Sequence record: PZ445527.1
DNA from: a phage
Length of the DNA stretch: 64,000 bases
Direction: 5' to 3' (one strand)
Position 1 is the first letter of the stretch. Every line of letters begins with the position of its first letter. The notes below the pieces were generated by a model, which did not search any database, was not told where the DNA came from, and saw only the letters and a list, made by a program, of their open reading frames with translations. Position numbers and translations under genes: made by a program. Below are positions 18,575-27,804 of the stretch, piece by piece.

Positions 18575-19327
18575 TTATCCAACTAGTGGTTCTAGCTCTA
18601 AGTCACAGAAGTTATACACTTCTAGTTTAAGGTTATTGATACCATCGAATTTATTAACTAATTCATGAGTAATATATTTTGCAGGAATACCACTTTCAGA
18701 TGGATGATCTGATTTAATAGTGAACTTCTGCTCAGCGGGCACTACATTTACTAGTAAAGAATCCATATCTAAATGGTTTGTTTCTCTGAGTAACTCTCCT
18801 TCATTGGGGAATCTCACATCTGTTATTACGGCGACATCTGGGTCGTCTTTAGCGATGGATTGCTCCAGAATTATGAGCCAAATGCGTTCATGTACTAGCT
18901 GCCTTCCTAGCTCTGTTCCTACGAGCTGTAACATTTTTCTCGGAGAAATAAATAAACTATAAAGTCCATCTTCTTTATTCTCTGAGATAAGTTGTTGAGG
19001 ATTAAGATATTTTTCCTCAAAAATAGGCCAAACGTACGAGAAGTCCTCAAACTTATCGATACCATATTTAAACCATACGTCTCTAGCTCGCTCCAATTGA
19101 TATTGTGTGACCGTAAACCATTGGTCAATCTCTTTCCCCCTGCGCTCTCCTAGAAACTCTGGAGTTACCCCGAGGATTACGGATGCAAGCTCATAAACTG
19201 GTTTAGCAAAACTGTAACGACGTGGTAAACACGTTGGATACGTGTCATTACACCAATCGATAATTAATTTTGCAACGGTATCTTTTCCTGCACCTGCCTC
19301 GCCATGTAAACCTACTAATACTGACAT
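18575..19327 (-). CDS. deoxynucleoside monophosphate kinase 250 aa
   Basis: P-loop GEAGAGKDT at N-terminus, size similar to T4 gp1-type dNMP kinase. Confidence 0.7.
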   Translation of the reverse strand: MSVLVGLHGEAGAGKDTVAKLIIDWCNDTYPTCLPRRYSFAKPVYELASVILGVTPEFLGERRGKEIDQWFTVTQYQLERARDVWFKYGIDKFEDFSYVWPIFEEKYLNPQQLISENKEDGLYSLFISPRKMLQLVGTELGRQLVHERIWLIILEQSIAKDDPDVAVITDVRFPNEGELLRETNHLDMDSLLVNVVPAEQKFTIKSDHPSESGIPAKYITHELVNKFDGINNLKLEVYNFCDLELEPLVG

Positions 19328-19680
19328 TAATCTTTCCTATTGTTAATGGGTGGATAGTAAATTAAGCAACGTTTTTCTTGTAAATCTTGGCGATAGAAGC
19401 AAACCATACTAGTCAATCGTGAGATATATGAATATTCTGCCTCCCGACATTTTGCTAACATATTCCAATCTTTATATGGTACAACAACTACTACACCATC
19501 TTCGCCATTTGTAGCTAATTTCTTTTCGAATTTGAAATCAAAGCTACAAGGCTGAAGTCCTTTAGGCCAATCTACATGAGCTGTTGGTAGCTCATGTGTA
19601 GGTTCTGGCTTTACTTCTTGTGCACAGCCTGTGATTGTGATTGCGGCTGTGAGCAGTATTCCACACTTCCAGTTAAACAT
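19327..19680 (-). CDS. putative lipoprotein 117 aa
   Basis: Signal peptide with lipobox-like ITGC. Confidence 0.5.
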   Translation of the reverse strand: MFNWKCGILLTAAITITGCAQEVKPEPTHELPTAHVDWPKGLQPCSFDFKFEKKLATNGEDGVVVVVPYKDWNMLAKCREAEYSYISRLTSMVCFYRQDLQEKRCLIYYPPINNRKD

Positions 19681-20054
19681 GCTAATCTTTCCTCGAACTC
19701 CTTACTCTGCTTTTTAGCAATTAATGTAACCAATCCAGGCTTTGCAGCTATAATATCTTGACGACTAAGTGCTTTATCAAGCTGGGAGATCTTCTTATCA
19801 AGATCTTGTTGGGAAATATTATGGAAAGTGAAATATTGATTCATACGTGTTTCACGTTGTTCACTTTCAACTTTAATCTTGTTTAAGGAAGTTTCTAGAG
19901 TAGAGATCTTTTTAGTAGCTACTGCAAGATCACCTGATAGAGTCTCAACCTTATTAACTAAGTGATAAGCACCGAATCCGATGCCTATCGCTAGACCTGC
20001 TCCCAGGATATACCATTTACCTTGCCATAGAGAACTAATAAAGTTTTTTATCAT
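19611..20054 (-). CDS. membrane-anchored coiled-coil protein 147 aa
   Basis: ORF track; TM helix then coiled-coil-like region. Confidence 0.45.
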   Translation of the reverse strand: MIKNFISSLWQGKWYILGAGLAIGIGFGAYHLVNKVETLSGDLAVATKKISTLETSLNKIKVESEQRETRMNQYFTFHNISQQDLDKKISQLDKALSRQDIIAAKPGLVTLIAKKQSKEFEERLACLTGSVEYCSQPQSQSQAVHKK

Positions 20055-20731
20055 CTTTTCATATTCCTGAATGACGTAACCGTATCAAATCCATGTGCTG
20101 CTAGGCGGTCTTTATCAGAAGTGGTAATAATATCTGGTTCTCCTGTTCCAAGTACACCCCAAATATACTGCTCGATTCTTTGGTGCAGCCGATATAGGTT
20201 AGGTTCCACACTCTGCCACGGAATACCTGATAGGTGTAGACGCGGATTAGTTATAACCTTGAAGTATTTATTGTTATCTTTATCATTTGGAACTAATGAA
20301 TCTAGAACTGCTAACGGTACTCTTAACTCAGTTAAGGCTTCTTCAGCTTTGGGGGTAACTTCTTCTTGCCATGCTAAGATAGACTCTTTTGGCTTCCCCC
20401 TATTTATGTCTAGCAAAGAAAACCCTGTTGACCATCCCTTCTCCTCCAAAATTTCTAACGCCTCGTCCAAACTGAAGGTTTTTACTTGGGTATCCAGTAC
20501 ATCAATGTGGTATAACCAGTAAATCTCCCCAGCTAGGAAGAAAGGCAAAATTTTAAAGTAGCCAATCTTTCCCTCAATACGAGCAATCCTACGTTCTTGC
20601 ATGATCATATAGTTGTCATCATCTGGGGCTTTTATTGTTAGCTCTTCAGTTTTACGTTCCCAAACGCGATCGGGGTCGAACAAACTGTTCTGCAAATCAT
20701 ACACATCTACGAATTTAGAGATGATTCTCAT
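20051..20731 (-). CDS. hypothetical protein 226 aa
   Basis: ORF track; promoter upstream. Confidence 0.6.
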   Translation of the reverse strand: MRIISKFVDVYDLQNSLFDPDRVWERKTEELTIKAPDDDNYMIMQERRIARIEGKIGYFKILPFFLAGEIYWLYHIDVLDTQVKTFSLDEALEILEEKGWSTGFSLLDINRGKPKESILAWQEEVTPKAEEALTELRVPLAVLDSLVPNDKDNNKYFKVITNPRLHLSGIPWQSVEPNLYRLHQRIEQYIWGVLGTGEPDIITTSDKDRLAAHGFDTVTSFRNMKR

Positions 20732-20762
20732 ATTTAATCCTCTTGCCTCAATCTATGAATAT

Positions 20763-20791
20763 ATTATACAAAAGTTTGGGCATCTATGCAA
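20763..20791 (-). promoter_or_regulatory. sigma70 promoter (TTGCAT-17-TATAAT)
   Basis: Minus strand TTGCAT(17)TATAAT. Confidence 0.65.
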
Positions 20792-20804
20792 CTAAAATTT
20801 TATT

Positions 20805-20840
20805 ACAAAAATAGCCCAGTCGCAAAAGTGCAGGCTGGGC
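20805..20840 (-). terminator. rho-independent terminator
   Basis: Stem gcccag/ctgggc with U-tract on minus strand. Confidence 0.5.
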
Positions 20841-20885
20841 TTTGTCATTATTTGCTTTTGCTAGTAAGTTGACTTAGTGTCAATC

Positions 20886-21266
20886 TTATGTAATATTAGT
20901 TTCTCTAGCTTTGCGTAGTACCCCTGCATTTCTCCATAACTTAATATCGTCTACTGTTTCTTTATAAGGAGCTATGGTAAAACCTAGTGGGCCAGCACTA
21001 AATAATCCTAAGAATCCTATTGCACGCATATAGAATAAACATTCTTCGCCTGTCATTTCTTCAACTGCTTTTCTTTGTTTTTCGTTTTCAAACTCGTGAT
21101 CCTTGTTGTCTATACGAAGGTGTTTAATGAACCATTCAGCAGAATATTCATCTAAGTGTCTAAGTATGGCTACTGCATACCCAGCACCAATTAAAAACCA
21201 AGTGGTAACAAGAATTAATACTATAGTCATATCATCTCCAGTTAAGGTCAGCGACCAACTCACCAC
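20886..21266 (-). CDS. membrane protein 126 aa
   Basis: ORF track; two TM helices. Confidence 0.5.
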   Translation of the reverse strand: MVSWSLTLTGDDMTIVLILVTTWFLIGAGYAVAILRHLDEYSAEWFIKHLRIDNKDHEFENEKQRKAVEEMTGEECLFYMRAIGFLGLFSAGPLGFTIAPYKETVDDIKLWRNAGVLRKARETNIT

Positions 21267-21340
21267 TTACCGCACTAAGGGGCACGACTCCCTTATCCGT
21301 AACAGTTGCAGGTGACGCAACTCGGTCCTACGCGAGTTCT

Positions 21341-21625
21341 TTAAGTATTCTGCATTTCTGCTTTAAATTTTCTCATATTACGGGTTTTTCGGTAATAGAA
21401 AAATACAGATGTTGGGCCTAAAAGAATGTCTATAATAAATATTGCAGATCTAGCACACCTGAGCAACGTTTTATCATCAAGAGGTGCTAGGTCTGATGGA
21501 CGTGTTTTATGTACAACATATAAGATCACATCTTTATTCTTGGAGATGAATAAATCATCTATTAGACTATAAATAGCAACCACAGAGCCGATGACGAACC
21601 AAAGAGCAAATGGAGAAACAATCAT
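21341..21625 (-). CDS. small membrane protein 94 aa
   Basis: ORF track. Confidence 0.45.
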   Translation of the reverse strand: MIVSPFALWFVIGSVVAIYSLIDDLFISKNKDVILYVVHKTRPSDLAPLDDKTLLRCARSAIFIIDILLGPTSVFFYYRKTRNMRKFKAEMQNT

Positions 21626-21918
21626 TTCAGATCCTTTTCATTAATTAAAATATTTGTAAATAATGGAGTATTTCCTAAACTCATAGTAGGTCCAAATGTT
21701 TTCATAGCTACCCATAACTGCATAGTAATCATGCCATCTTTAATTTCTGGATCTTTATACTCCTCGATACGTTTTTTAGCAAAGGCAACTACATCTGGAG
21801 TGCTGCCATTCTTTATAACATGATCATGCCAAAATTGTGCATCCTCACTACGCAGGAATGTTAAGATGTCCTTAGTTGCTGGAATCTGCACTGTGCTATT
21901 GATGTTTAGCTTTTTCAC
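21622..21918 (-). CDS. hypothetical protein 98 aa
   Basis: ORF track. Confidence 0.5.
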   Translation of the reverse strand: MKKLNINSTVQIPATKDILTFLRSEDAQFWHDHVIKNGSTPDVVAFAKKRIEEYKDPEIKDGMITMQLWVAMKTFGPTMSLGNTPLFTNILINEKDLK

Positions 21919-22315
21919 GTTCTTCTCTCCGACGTTTGCATTCTTTCATCATATGAGCTGCTACTACTTCATGGTAGTAGTCATTAATGTTATCTTCTGG
22001 CAAGAAATGCTTAATAGTCTCTAGCTGACAAATAACTCGATGAAGATGATTATTTGGTAGACACAATTTCATACCTGCAACAAATCCAGAGAAGCCTGGA
22101 ACACTGAACATGGGTTGGGCTTCTACTCTACCTTCAGAGTTGATATTAAGCTCAATTGAGATACCCATTTTCATGCTATAAAGCTGGCAGTATTCCCCAT
22201 TACCAGATCTTGACCAAATAGTGAAGTCTTCATCAATTTGATCTTGGATTTCTGTAATTGCAAATTTAATTCTAGGATCTAAATTATTCATCTTCACCTT
22301 CAAAGTCGCAATCAT
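21896..22315 (-). CDS. hypothetical protein 139 aa
   Basis: ORF track. Confidence 0.5.
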   Translation of the reverse strand: MIATLKVKMNNLDPRIKFAITEIQDQIDEDFTIWSRSGNGEYCQLYSMKMGISIELNINSEGRVEAQPMFSVPGFSGFVAGMKLCLPNNHLHRVICQLETIKHFLPEDNINDYYHEVVAAHMMKECKRRREEREKAKHQ

Positions 22316-22584
22316 AACGACAAGTAAAAGAACTAGAGCTATTAGTACGTTGAGTAGTTATCTCACCGCGTTTGCTAATGGTAATAGCTGGTGTAGAGAA
22401 ATTTTTGTTAGTGTATACCTCTACTTTACCATTACGTTCCCTAACATCACGAACTTTACCATACTCGGTAATAATACCATTCTGTTGTACCCTAACATTC
22501 CCATTTTTCATAAAAACTTTGGTAGATGCTAGAGAACCGAAACTAACTGCTGAAACCATCAGTGCAATAATAAACTTATTCATC
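22284..22584 (-). CDS. secreted protein (about 100 aa)
   Basis: ORF track 22284..22694; start moved to ATG with GAGGAAG SD giving signal peptide MMNKFIIALMVSAVSFGSLAST. Confidence 0.45.
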
Positions 22585-22857
22585 ATGGTCTTCCTCATTG
22601 CAGTCACGGCATACATCATAATCATTGAAGGAATGTTCGTGGGCTTCACACCACCAAGAACAAGAATCACAGAGGAATATTTCGGTTTTCTCAAGTGCTT
22701 GGCCTAAAAGATCATCAGCTTCCTCAGCAGTAATCTTCAATCCACATACATCTGCCACACGTTCTTTAATTAAGCGACCTGCCTCATGGTAAGACATACA
22801 GGTTCCAACAACACTATGCTCGACAACGTGAATAGCACAGTCTAGACGAGTTTTCAT
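22576..22857 (-). CDS. Cys-rich hypothetical protein 93 aa
   Basis: ORF track; CxxC pairs near C-terminus. Confidence 0.5.
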   Translation of the reverse strand: MKTRLDCAIHVVEHSVVGTCMSYHEAGRLIKERVADVCGLKITAEEADDLLGQALEKTEIFLCDSCSWWCEAHEHSFNDYDVCRDCNEEDHDE

Positions 22858-22887
22858 TTCAAACCTCTCTCATCAATTTATAAATAT

Positions 22888-22916
22888 ATTATAACAAGAA
22901 AAGAGAGGTTTAGCAA
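22888..22916 (-). promoter_or_regulatory. sigma70 promoter (TTGCTA-17-TATAAT)
   Basis: Minus strand consensus. Confidence 0.7.
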
Positions 22917-22933
22917 ATGAATTATTTCAGAAA

Positions 22934-23281
22934 TTAGTCGTAGCACCACCATAACCCACGCTTACGCATGTCATGATCGCGATTATAGTCGTAATTTTCT
23001 GGATCTTTCATCACGCGGTGGAGTTCTTGACGATTCCCTTGACGAACCATTTTATTAGAATGCCACTTAACATTCTTACTAATGGAATTCCAGTTATAAC
23101 CATCCTTTTTCTCATTACGAATGGTTGCTTCCTTCATTTCTTTTTTGATGTCGTCCCAGGATTTAGCATAAGTAACACGAATCCAGTAGCCATTTTCTTT
23201 TAGGAAAGAATATTCTTGAGAGAATTGTTCTTTAGACTTCCACCACTGATCACCAGATTGTTTACGATAAGTACGGCTCAT
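22934..23281 (-). CDS. hypothetical basic protein 115 aa
   Basis: ORF track. Confidence 0.5.
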   Translation of the reverse strand: MSRTYRKQSGDQWWKSKEQFSQEYSFLKENGYWIRVTYAKSWDDIKKEMKEATIRNEKKDGYNWNSISKNVKWHSNKMVRQGNRQELHRVMKDPENYDYNRDHDMRKRGLWWCYD

Positions 23282-23402
23282 ATTACCTCCATTAAGTCTT
23301 TTAAACTAACCTAATGTGGATGAATTTTGTTATACATATATTATGTACCTTTATACAGAAAAACCCCAGACTACTTATTCAATAGCTGGGGTTTGTTATT
23401 AA

Positions 23403-23714
23403 TCACAGATCGGGGCGCTTATCTTCTAAACAGTCCGAGCTAATATCTTCTCCGAATCCTACGAAGCCATCAAATTCATTTGAAATATCCGTAATCATTG
23501 CTTCCATTTTCCTAATCTCCGAGGTTTTCATCCCTGCTTTACTATTCTTAAAGTGTTTGCGAGGATTCCCGCACATCCAACAAGAACAGATACAAGGAGT
23601 AGTAGTGATAATACCTAACCGTTTAGGGCTTTCTTCATGCGGGAAGACTGTCCAATATTTCTTGCGGTTGTTCTTCACACGTTGCCGGTGATGACGTCTT
23701 AATGCTCGATCCAC
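23403..23714 (-). CDS. Cys-rich hypothetical protein 103 aa
   Basis: ORF track; CICSCWMCGNP cluster. Confidence 0.5.
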   Translation of the reverse strand: MDRALRRHHRQRVKNNRKKYWTVFPHEESPKRLGIITTTPCICSCWMCGNPRKHFKNSKAGMKTSEIRKMEAMITDISNEFDGFVGFGEDISSDCLEDKRPDL

Positions 23715-23795
23715 ACATTTCTCCTAAAACTTGGGAGATAAATGGAGTTTGCTCGACTACCTTACGTAGTTCGTAGAAACCGTATCCAAGCCCCA

Positions 23796-24164
23796 TTACA
23801 TCGCCTGAGTAAATGTACGACTAATAACGTCGTTCTGCTGTTCACGCGTCAGTGCGTTAAAACGCACAGCATAACCAGAAACACGAATGGTTAGCTGAGG
23901 ATATTTTTCAGGATGTTTCTGAGCATCCAAAAGCTGGTCACGACTTAACACATTGACATTTAGGTGTTGACCCCCTTCAATTTGAGGGGCGACTTCCACC
24001 TTGACTTCACGAAAGGATTCGGGGTCAAAGTGAGGTGTGATACCTTCTAGATCCTCAACTAGAACTTTTTGTTTAAGTTCACCATCTTTAGAGTATAATT
24101 GAATAATCTGATTATTATGAACAATATTAATTACGCCAGATTTAAGATTTTGATATGCTTTCAT
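23796..24164 (-). CDS. grcA: autonomous glycyl radical cofactor (GrcA/YfiD-like)
   Basis: C-terminal half closely matches remembered E. coli GrcA blocks ([30 protein letters not shown]). Confidence 0.8.
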   Translation of the reverse strand: MKAYQNLKSGVINIVHNNQIIQLYSKDGELKQKVLVEDLEGITPHFDPESFREVKVEVAPQIEGGQHLNVNVLSRDQLLDAQKHPEKYPQLTIRVSGYAVRFNALTREQQNDVISRTFTQAM

Positions 24165-24529
24165 TAGATCTCCCTGATGTTAGAATTTGGCTCAGCTTTT
24201 TGTTAACCCAGAAGCAAGATAAAAACTGGAAGGCAGGCTTGCTTTTCTCTTAACCACTAGGCTACTTTTGGGTGCTAGCATTCCGGTGAGATTGATGGTC
24301 TCGGTTAAGAAGAAAAACACGGGACTTCTGTTTTAACGTCGTGCTCCCGGATTGATGCGACTACGTGATTGCTCGCGCTAAGACAATGGCTATCTAAAGT
24401 CTTAGCTTCTACATTTATACTCCTGGATAGCATGGAGTTGCAGTCTACTTCCTGCTGTCACGCCCGGTCATTTATAGAATGTGGACTCTCTTCTCAGCAA
24501 GTTCTGGCACTATGGCCTGATCTTCTGTT

Positions 24530-24603
24530 TGGTAGTTAGTAGTGGAATCGAACCAGGTTCCACGGTTTACAAGACCGTTGCATCGCCAGCAATGCTTTAA
24601 GAG
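24530..24603 (-). ncRNA. tRNA-like remnant: anticodon arm with UGU (Thr-like) plus imperfect T-arm, no matching 5' acceptor strand
   Basis: acggt-cttgtaa-accgt arm with U33/A37, then GGTTCGATTCC-like loop and CCA; acceptor pairing not found. Confidence 0.3.
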
Positions 24604-24996
24604 CTATCGTTGTCTTGTTGAAACTCTATTTCTGGCCCTATGCGTAGAGGTCATAGAGTGGCAGTTAGGGCAGAGAATCTTTAGATTTTCTGGAGAACAG
24701 TTAGTTGCATCTCCATCTATATGATCTACCTCAGTTAAAACTGCTCCGTCAATTGGATGTTTCCCATCCCAACCACATACTTCACAAGCAGTACCACGAG
24801 TATCCCACAGCCACTTCCTAACAAAAGGTTTTAATTGTGCAGCTTTACCAGTATAACCAGGTTCTTCACCTGCCAGCCACTTTAATACTTTTTGCTTTGT
24901 CTGGTACTCCTGCTGACAAGCAGGACCACAATACTTACCTGCGGAACCTCTACTTTTAGGTTTTGTGATTCCGCAATTTAAACAAGTAAACTCCAT
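24604..24996 (-). CDS. HNH endonuclease 130 aa
   Basis: HNH core (HIDGD...N...NL..LCPNCH) with zinc-finger cysteines. Confidence 0.75.
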   Translation of the reverse strand: MEFTCLNCGITKPKSRGSAGKYCGPACQQEYQTKQKVLKWLAGEEPGYTGKAAQLKPFVRKWLWDTRGTACEVCGWDGKHPIDGAVLTEVDHIDGDATNCSPENLKILCPNCHSMTSTHRARNRVSTRQR

Positions 24997-25160
24997 GTTG
25001 CTTCCTATTTCAACGGGATTTCTTTTTCAATAACAAGGGCTTATCAGTCATAACTGTCATTGCCATTTGTTGTAGAAATTCAAAGGTGAAGGCTACACGT
25101 TCTTCACCAATCTCTACTTCTACACGTTTCTTTTGTTTGTCAACCTTTAATTTTAGGCTA

Positions 25161-25382
25161 TCAGCCATCTTCGGATTCTCGTTGCTCGGCTACTGCTAGC
25201 CAGTCTGGTAAAAGAAACTTAGTACGAAACTCTTCATACGTTTCTTCTGGATAAAAGCTAAAACCCCCTTTCTCATCATTCAAGATAACAGAGCCGTCAG
25301 TTTGTTCATATGCTCGATATGTTTCTCCAATAATGATAACTCGCTTATCAGTACTTTTATTACGAAACTCAAAAACGTGCAT
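25161..25382 (-). CDS. hypothetical protein 73 aa
   Basis: ORF track. Confidence 0.45.
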   Translation of the reverse strand: MHVFEFRNKSTDKRVIIIGETYRAYEQTDGSVILNDEKGGFSFYPEETYEEFRTKFLLPDWLAVAEQRESEDG

Positions 25383-25398
25383 AACGTTTCCTTAAAGT

Positions 25399-25474
25399 TG
25401 GAGCGGCTAGAGGGAATCGAACCCTACTCAGCGAGGCTTGGAAGGCCTGCGACACAACCCGTGTGCTTAACCGC
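25399..25474 (-). tRNA. tRNA-Gly (anticodon UCC)
   Basis: Hand fold: 7-bp acceptor (one G-U), T-loop GGTTCGATTCC, anticodon loop CTTCCAA, encoded CCA. Confidence 0.55.
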
Positions 25475-25482
25475 TTATTGTT

Positions 25483-25560
25483 TGGCAGGGGATATTGGAT
25501 TTGAACCAATGATCTCGACTTCAAAGGCCGTTGTGCTAACCGTTACACTACTCTCCAATT
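25483..25560 (-). ncRNA. tRNA-like 3' fragment (canonical T-arm + acceptor 3' strand + CCA) without a pairing 5' acceptor strand
   Basis: ATTGG-TTCAAAT-CCAAT T-arm followed by atcccct-g-CCA; no complementary 5' strand within 100 nt. Confidence 0.3.
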
Positions 25561-25648
25561 GTTTGGCTGGAGTGCCTGATTCAATCCCAGGCACCTTCGG
25601 AGTCAGAGGCCGACGACTTGACAATTGATCTACACCTCAAGAATACTA

Positions 25649-25885
25649 TTAACTAGATGCTGGTTCTGCTGGCTGAGATACAGCAGGCTGTTCTAATGTA
25701 TCTGGTGCTGATACAGAGAAAAGAGCTTGTAATGCTGCAATATCACGCTCGTAAGTTTCAATACGAGTAGTAAGAGTATCTACCATCTGTTTATGATAGG
25801 CTAAGTTATTCTGAGATTCATCTCGAAGGGTTTGCAGTTCTGCAAGACGTGTTAACATAATTTCACTAATTAAAGCATTACTCAT
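25649..25885 (-). CDS. hypothetical coiled-coil protein 78 aa
   Basis: ORF track. Confidence 0.5.
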   Translation of the reverse strand: MSNALISEIMLTRLAELQTLRDESQNNLAYHKQMVDTLTTRIETYERDIAALQALFSVSAPDTLEQPAVSQPAEPASS

Positions 25886-26075
25886 TTGTTTCTCCTAAAT
25901 TTTCCGGTTCTTCTAAACGTTTGCCTTCATGATCTACTCGAATAACTCCGCATCCTTCGCAAATCACAACTGCACCATAACCTTCTTTGACTTCAGCTTC
26001 TGTAATCAAACCAGAAAGATCACCAGTATCTCTGCCCCACATATCAATGGAGCATTGTTTGCAGAAATCAGCCAT
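25878..26075 (-). CDS. small Cys-containing protein 65 aa
   Basis: ORF track; CKQC...CEGC. Confidence 0.45.
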   Translation of the reverse strand: MADFCKQCSIDMWGRDTGDLSGLITEAEVKEGYGAVVICEGCGVIRVDHEGKRLEEPENLGETNE

Positions 26076-26100
26076 ATTTTATTTCCTATTTAAGTTAATT

Positions 26101-26177
26101 TGGGGTGGCTAGTGGAACTCGAATCCACATAGGCCTGATTCACAATCAGGATCATTAACCAATTATGATATAGCCAC
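26101..26177 (-). tRNA. tRNA-His (anticodon GUG)
   Basis: Perfect 7-bp acceptor, D-stem TCAT/ATGA, anticodon stem CCTGA/TCAGG with loop TTGTGAA, T-arm GTGGA-TTCGAGT-TCCAC, encoded CCA. Confidence 0.75.
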
Positions 26178-26543
26178 AATTGAAAACTCGCAGGGTTAGC
26201 GAAACCATCCTCAATTAGCATGTTCTAGAATACTAATCAAGTTATCTCCTATTGCACGCAGCTCAAGACGAGTACGAATTTTCAATTGTGGCGGCTCTCA
26301 GAAACTCTTCTATTCTAGCCTCAGAAGCTTACCCCCGAACGCATGTCGGGAAAGTCTTTCCAAGCGCATCAAATAGCACCGTTACACTTTGAGCCATTGA
26401 TGTATCAAGGAATAGAAGGACTTGAACCTTCATGAGTTAGACCATTTAACTCAACCGCTTTTTAGGGTATATTTCTAGGAGTGGATGTTCCTAGTAAACC
26501 TATTCGGCAGTCCCGTCTACCAATTCCGGCATATTCCAAGATT

Positions 26544-26638
26544 TGGAGGTAGGTAAGGGGATCGAACCATTACACCGTATCACTACGGTCAACCGATTTC
26601 AAGTCGGAGTCCATCGCCAGCCGTTGGATTGACCTACC
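26544..26638 (-). tRNA. tRNA-Ser (anticodon UGA), type II
   Basis: 7-bp perfect acceptor, anticodon loop CTTGAAA, long variable arm (ACCGTA/TACGGT), T-loop TTCGATC, CCA. Confidence 0.7.
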
Positions 26639-26650
26639 TTATAAATTGTT

Positions 26651-26735
26651 TGGTGGGTTAGGAGAGACTCGAACTCTCACGCACTTAAGCAAGGGCTTCT
26701 AAGACCCTCGTGGCTACCAATTACACCACTAACCC
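26651..26735 (-). tRNA. tRNA-Leu (anticodon UAG), type II
   Basis: 7-bp perfect acceptor, anticodon loop CTTAGAA, long variable arm, T-arm GAGAG-TTCGAGT-CTCTC, CCA. Confidence 0.7.
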
Positions 26736-26741
26736 CTAATT

Positions 26742-26816
26742 TGGTGGACAGTAGGAGAGTCGAACTCCTCACTCCTGAGTGCAAGTCAGGTATTTTCCCA
26801 GATAAACTAACCGCCC
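26742..26816 (-). tRNA. tRNA-Ala (anticodon UGC)
   Basis: Acceptor GGGCGGT with G3:U70 wobble (Ala identity element), anticodon stem CCTGA/TCAGG loop CTTGCAC, T-arm AGGAG-TTCGACT-CTCCT, CCA. Confidence 0.7.
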
Positions 26817-27055
26817 AAATTCTTTAATTTACTAAGGCTATTAGCTCGGCGTAACTACAGCACCTTCGCTTCAAGCGGAAGGAACCGCGTCATCTCGCAA
26901 ACCCAATACACTATTCAGTTGCCGCTGAATCTAGTGGACTAATCTAGAACTTCTCCCGAGTCGTAGGGATCGTGCTTTTTGGCAGCCAGTCCTAGGTCGA
27001 GCTAATACCTTAGTGAATTATGATGAGGATTTCTCCCATATCAATTTATATAAAT

Positions 27056-27084
27056 ATTATAACAAGAAATTAATCATCAAGCAA
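27056..27084 (-). promoter_or_regulatory. sigma70 promoter (TTGCTT-17-TATAAT) driving the tRNA block 26101-26816
   Basis: Minus strand consensus upstream of untranslated spacer and tRNAs. Confidence 0.65.
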
Positions 27085-27158
27085 TTGAGTTTTTCTTGAA
27101 ATTGGTAGCGGGTTCCAGTACTGCCCTGGACTTACTTAGCTTATGAGACTAAGAAGAA
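27083..27158 (-). ncRNA. tRNA-like sequence with CAU anticodon, 1:72 mismatch and non-canonical T-loop
   Basis: Acceptor 6/7 bp with CCA, anticodon loop CTCATAA; T-loop GGCAGTA lacks the T-psi-C pattern. Confidence 0.3.
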
Positions 27159-27165
27159 CTCTATG

Positions 27166-27260
27166 CCTTCCACCCGCAATTGTTTGGTTATTCTAGACAG
27201 GATTCGAACCTGTTATCACTTGTGCGGACTTACGAGAACCATTCTTTCACTCGAATCGAA
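27166..27260 (-). ncRNA. region with two T-loop-like motifs (GGTTCGAATCC and CGTTCGATTCG) that does not fold into a canonical tRNA
   Basis: Hand folding failed to find anticodon arm/acceptor pairing. Confidence 0.25.
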
Positions 27261-27431
27261 CGAGCTTCTGCCCTAGCCAAGCTGGTTTCCCCATCAACCA
27301 CGCTAGAATGTTTGATTGTTTTCAGTGCAAGAGTCCGAGTCTTGGACACGACCGTTTCGCAAGTACATAGGCAGCTTATCATGAGTCAGCACTTCCGAAT
27401 TGCTAGCCCCGTGTTCTGCACTGAAATTTTA

Positions 27432-27779
27432 TTAGTTTAACCGTAAAGTATTATCTAATTCACCATTAATTGTTCGGCATTCCTCTGGAATTGCTGGTGT
27501 GGCCTTGTATTCCCACCACTCAGCACCATCATATTCCCCACGTTCTAGCCAAGTTCCGTCGGCAAACCATACATTACCATAAAGTAATTGTCCACCGTAT
27601 CCAGAATCATACTCAAAGTCTAGGTTATCAAGAAAATCCTCAATATCTTCTTCTGTATAGCCTAAAGGTAATACCCAAACTTTTTTATCCCCATAATACC
27701 CGAATTCTATTTTAATACACTTAATTTTAGAATTGGTATTTTTTAAGGCAAGTAACAACTCTTCTTTAGCATTACGCAT
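27432..27779 (-). CDS. hypothetical protein 115 aa
   Basis: ORF track. Confidence 0.55.
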   Translation of the reverse strand: MRNAKEELLLALKNTNSKIKCIKIEFGYYGDKKVWVLPLGYTEEDIEDFLDNLDFEYDSGYGGQLLYGNVWFADGTWLERGEYDGAEWWEYKATPAIPEECRTINGELDNTLRLN

Positions 27780-27804
27780 AGTATATTCTCATACTGAATT
27801 AATT

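Noticed and set aside
25302-25628. 108-aa plus-strand ORF
   Set aside because: Overlaps tRNA-Gly and the tRNA-like fragment on the opposite strand and lies in a minus-strand unit; no start signals.
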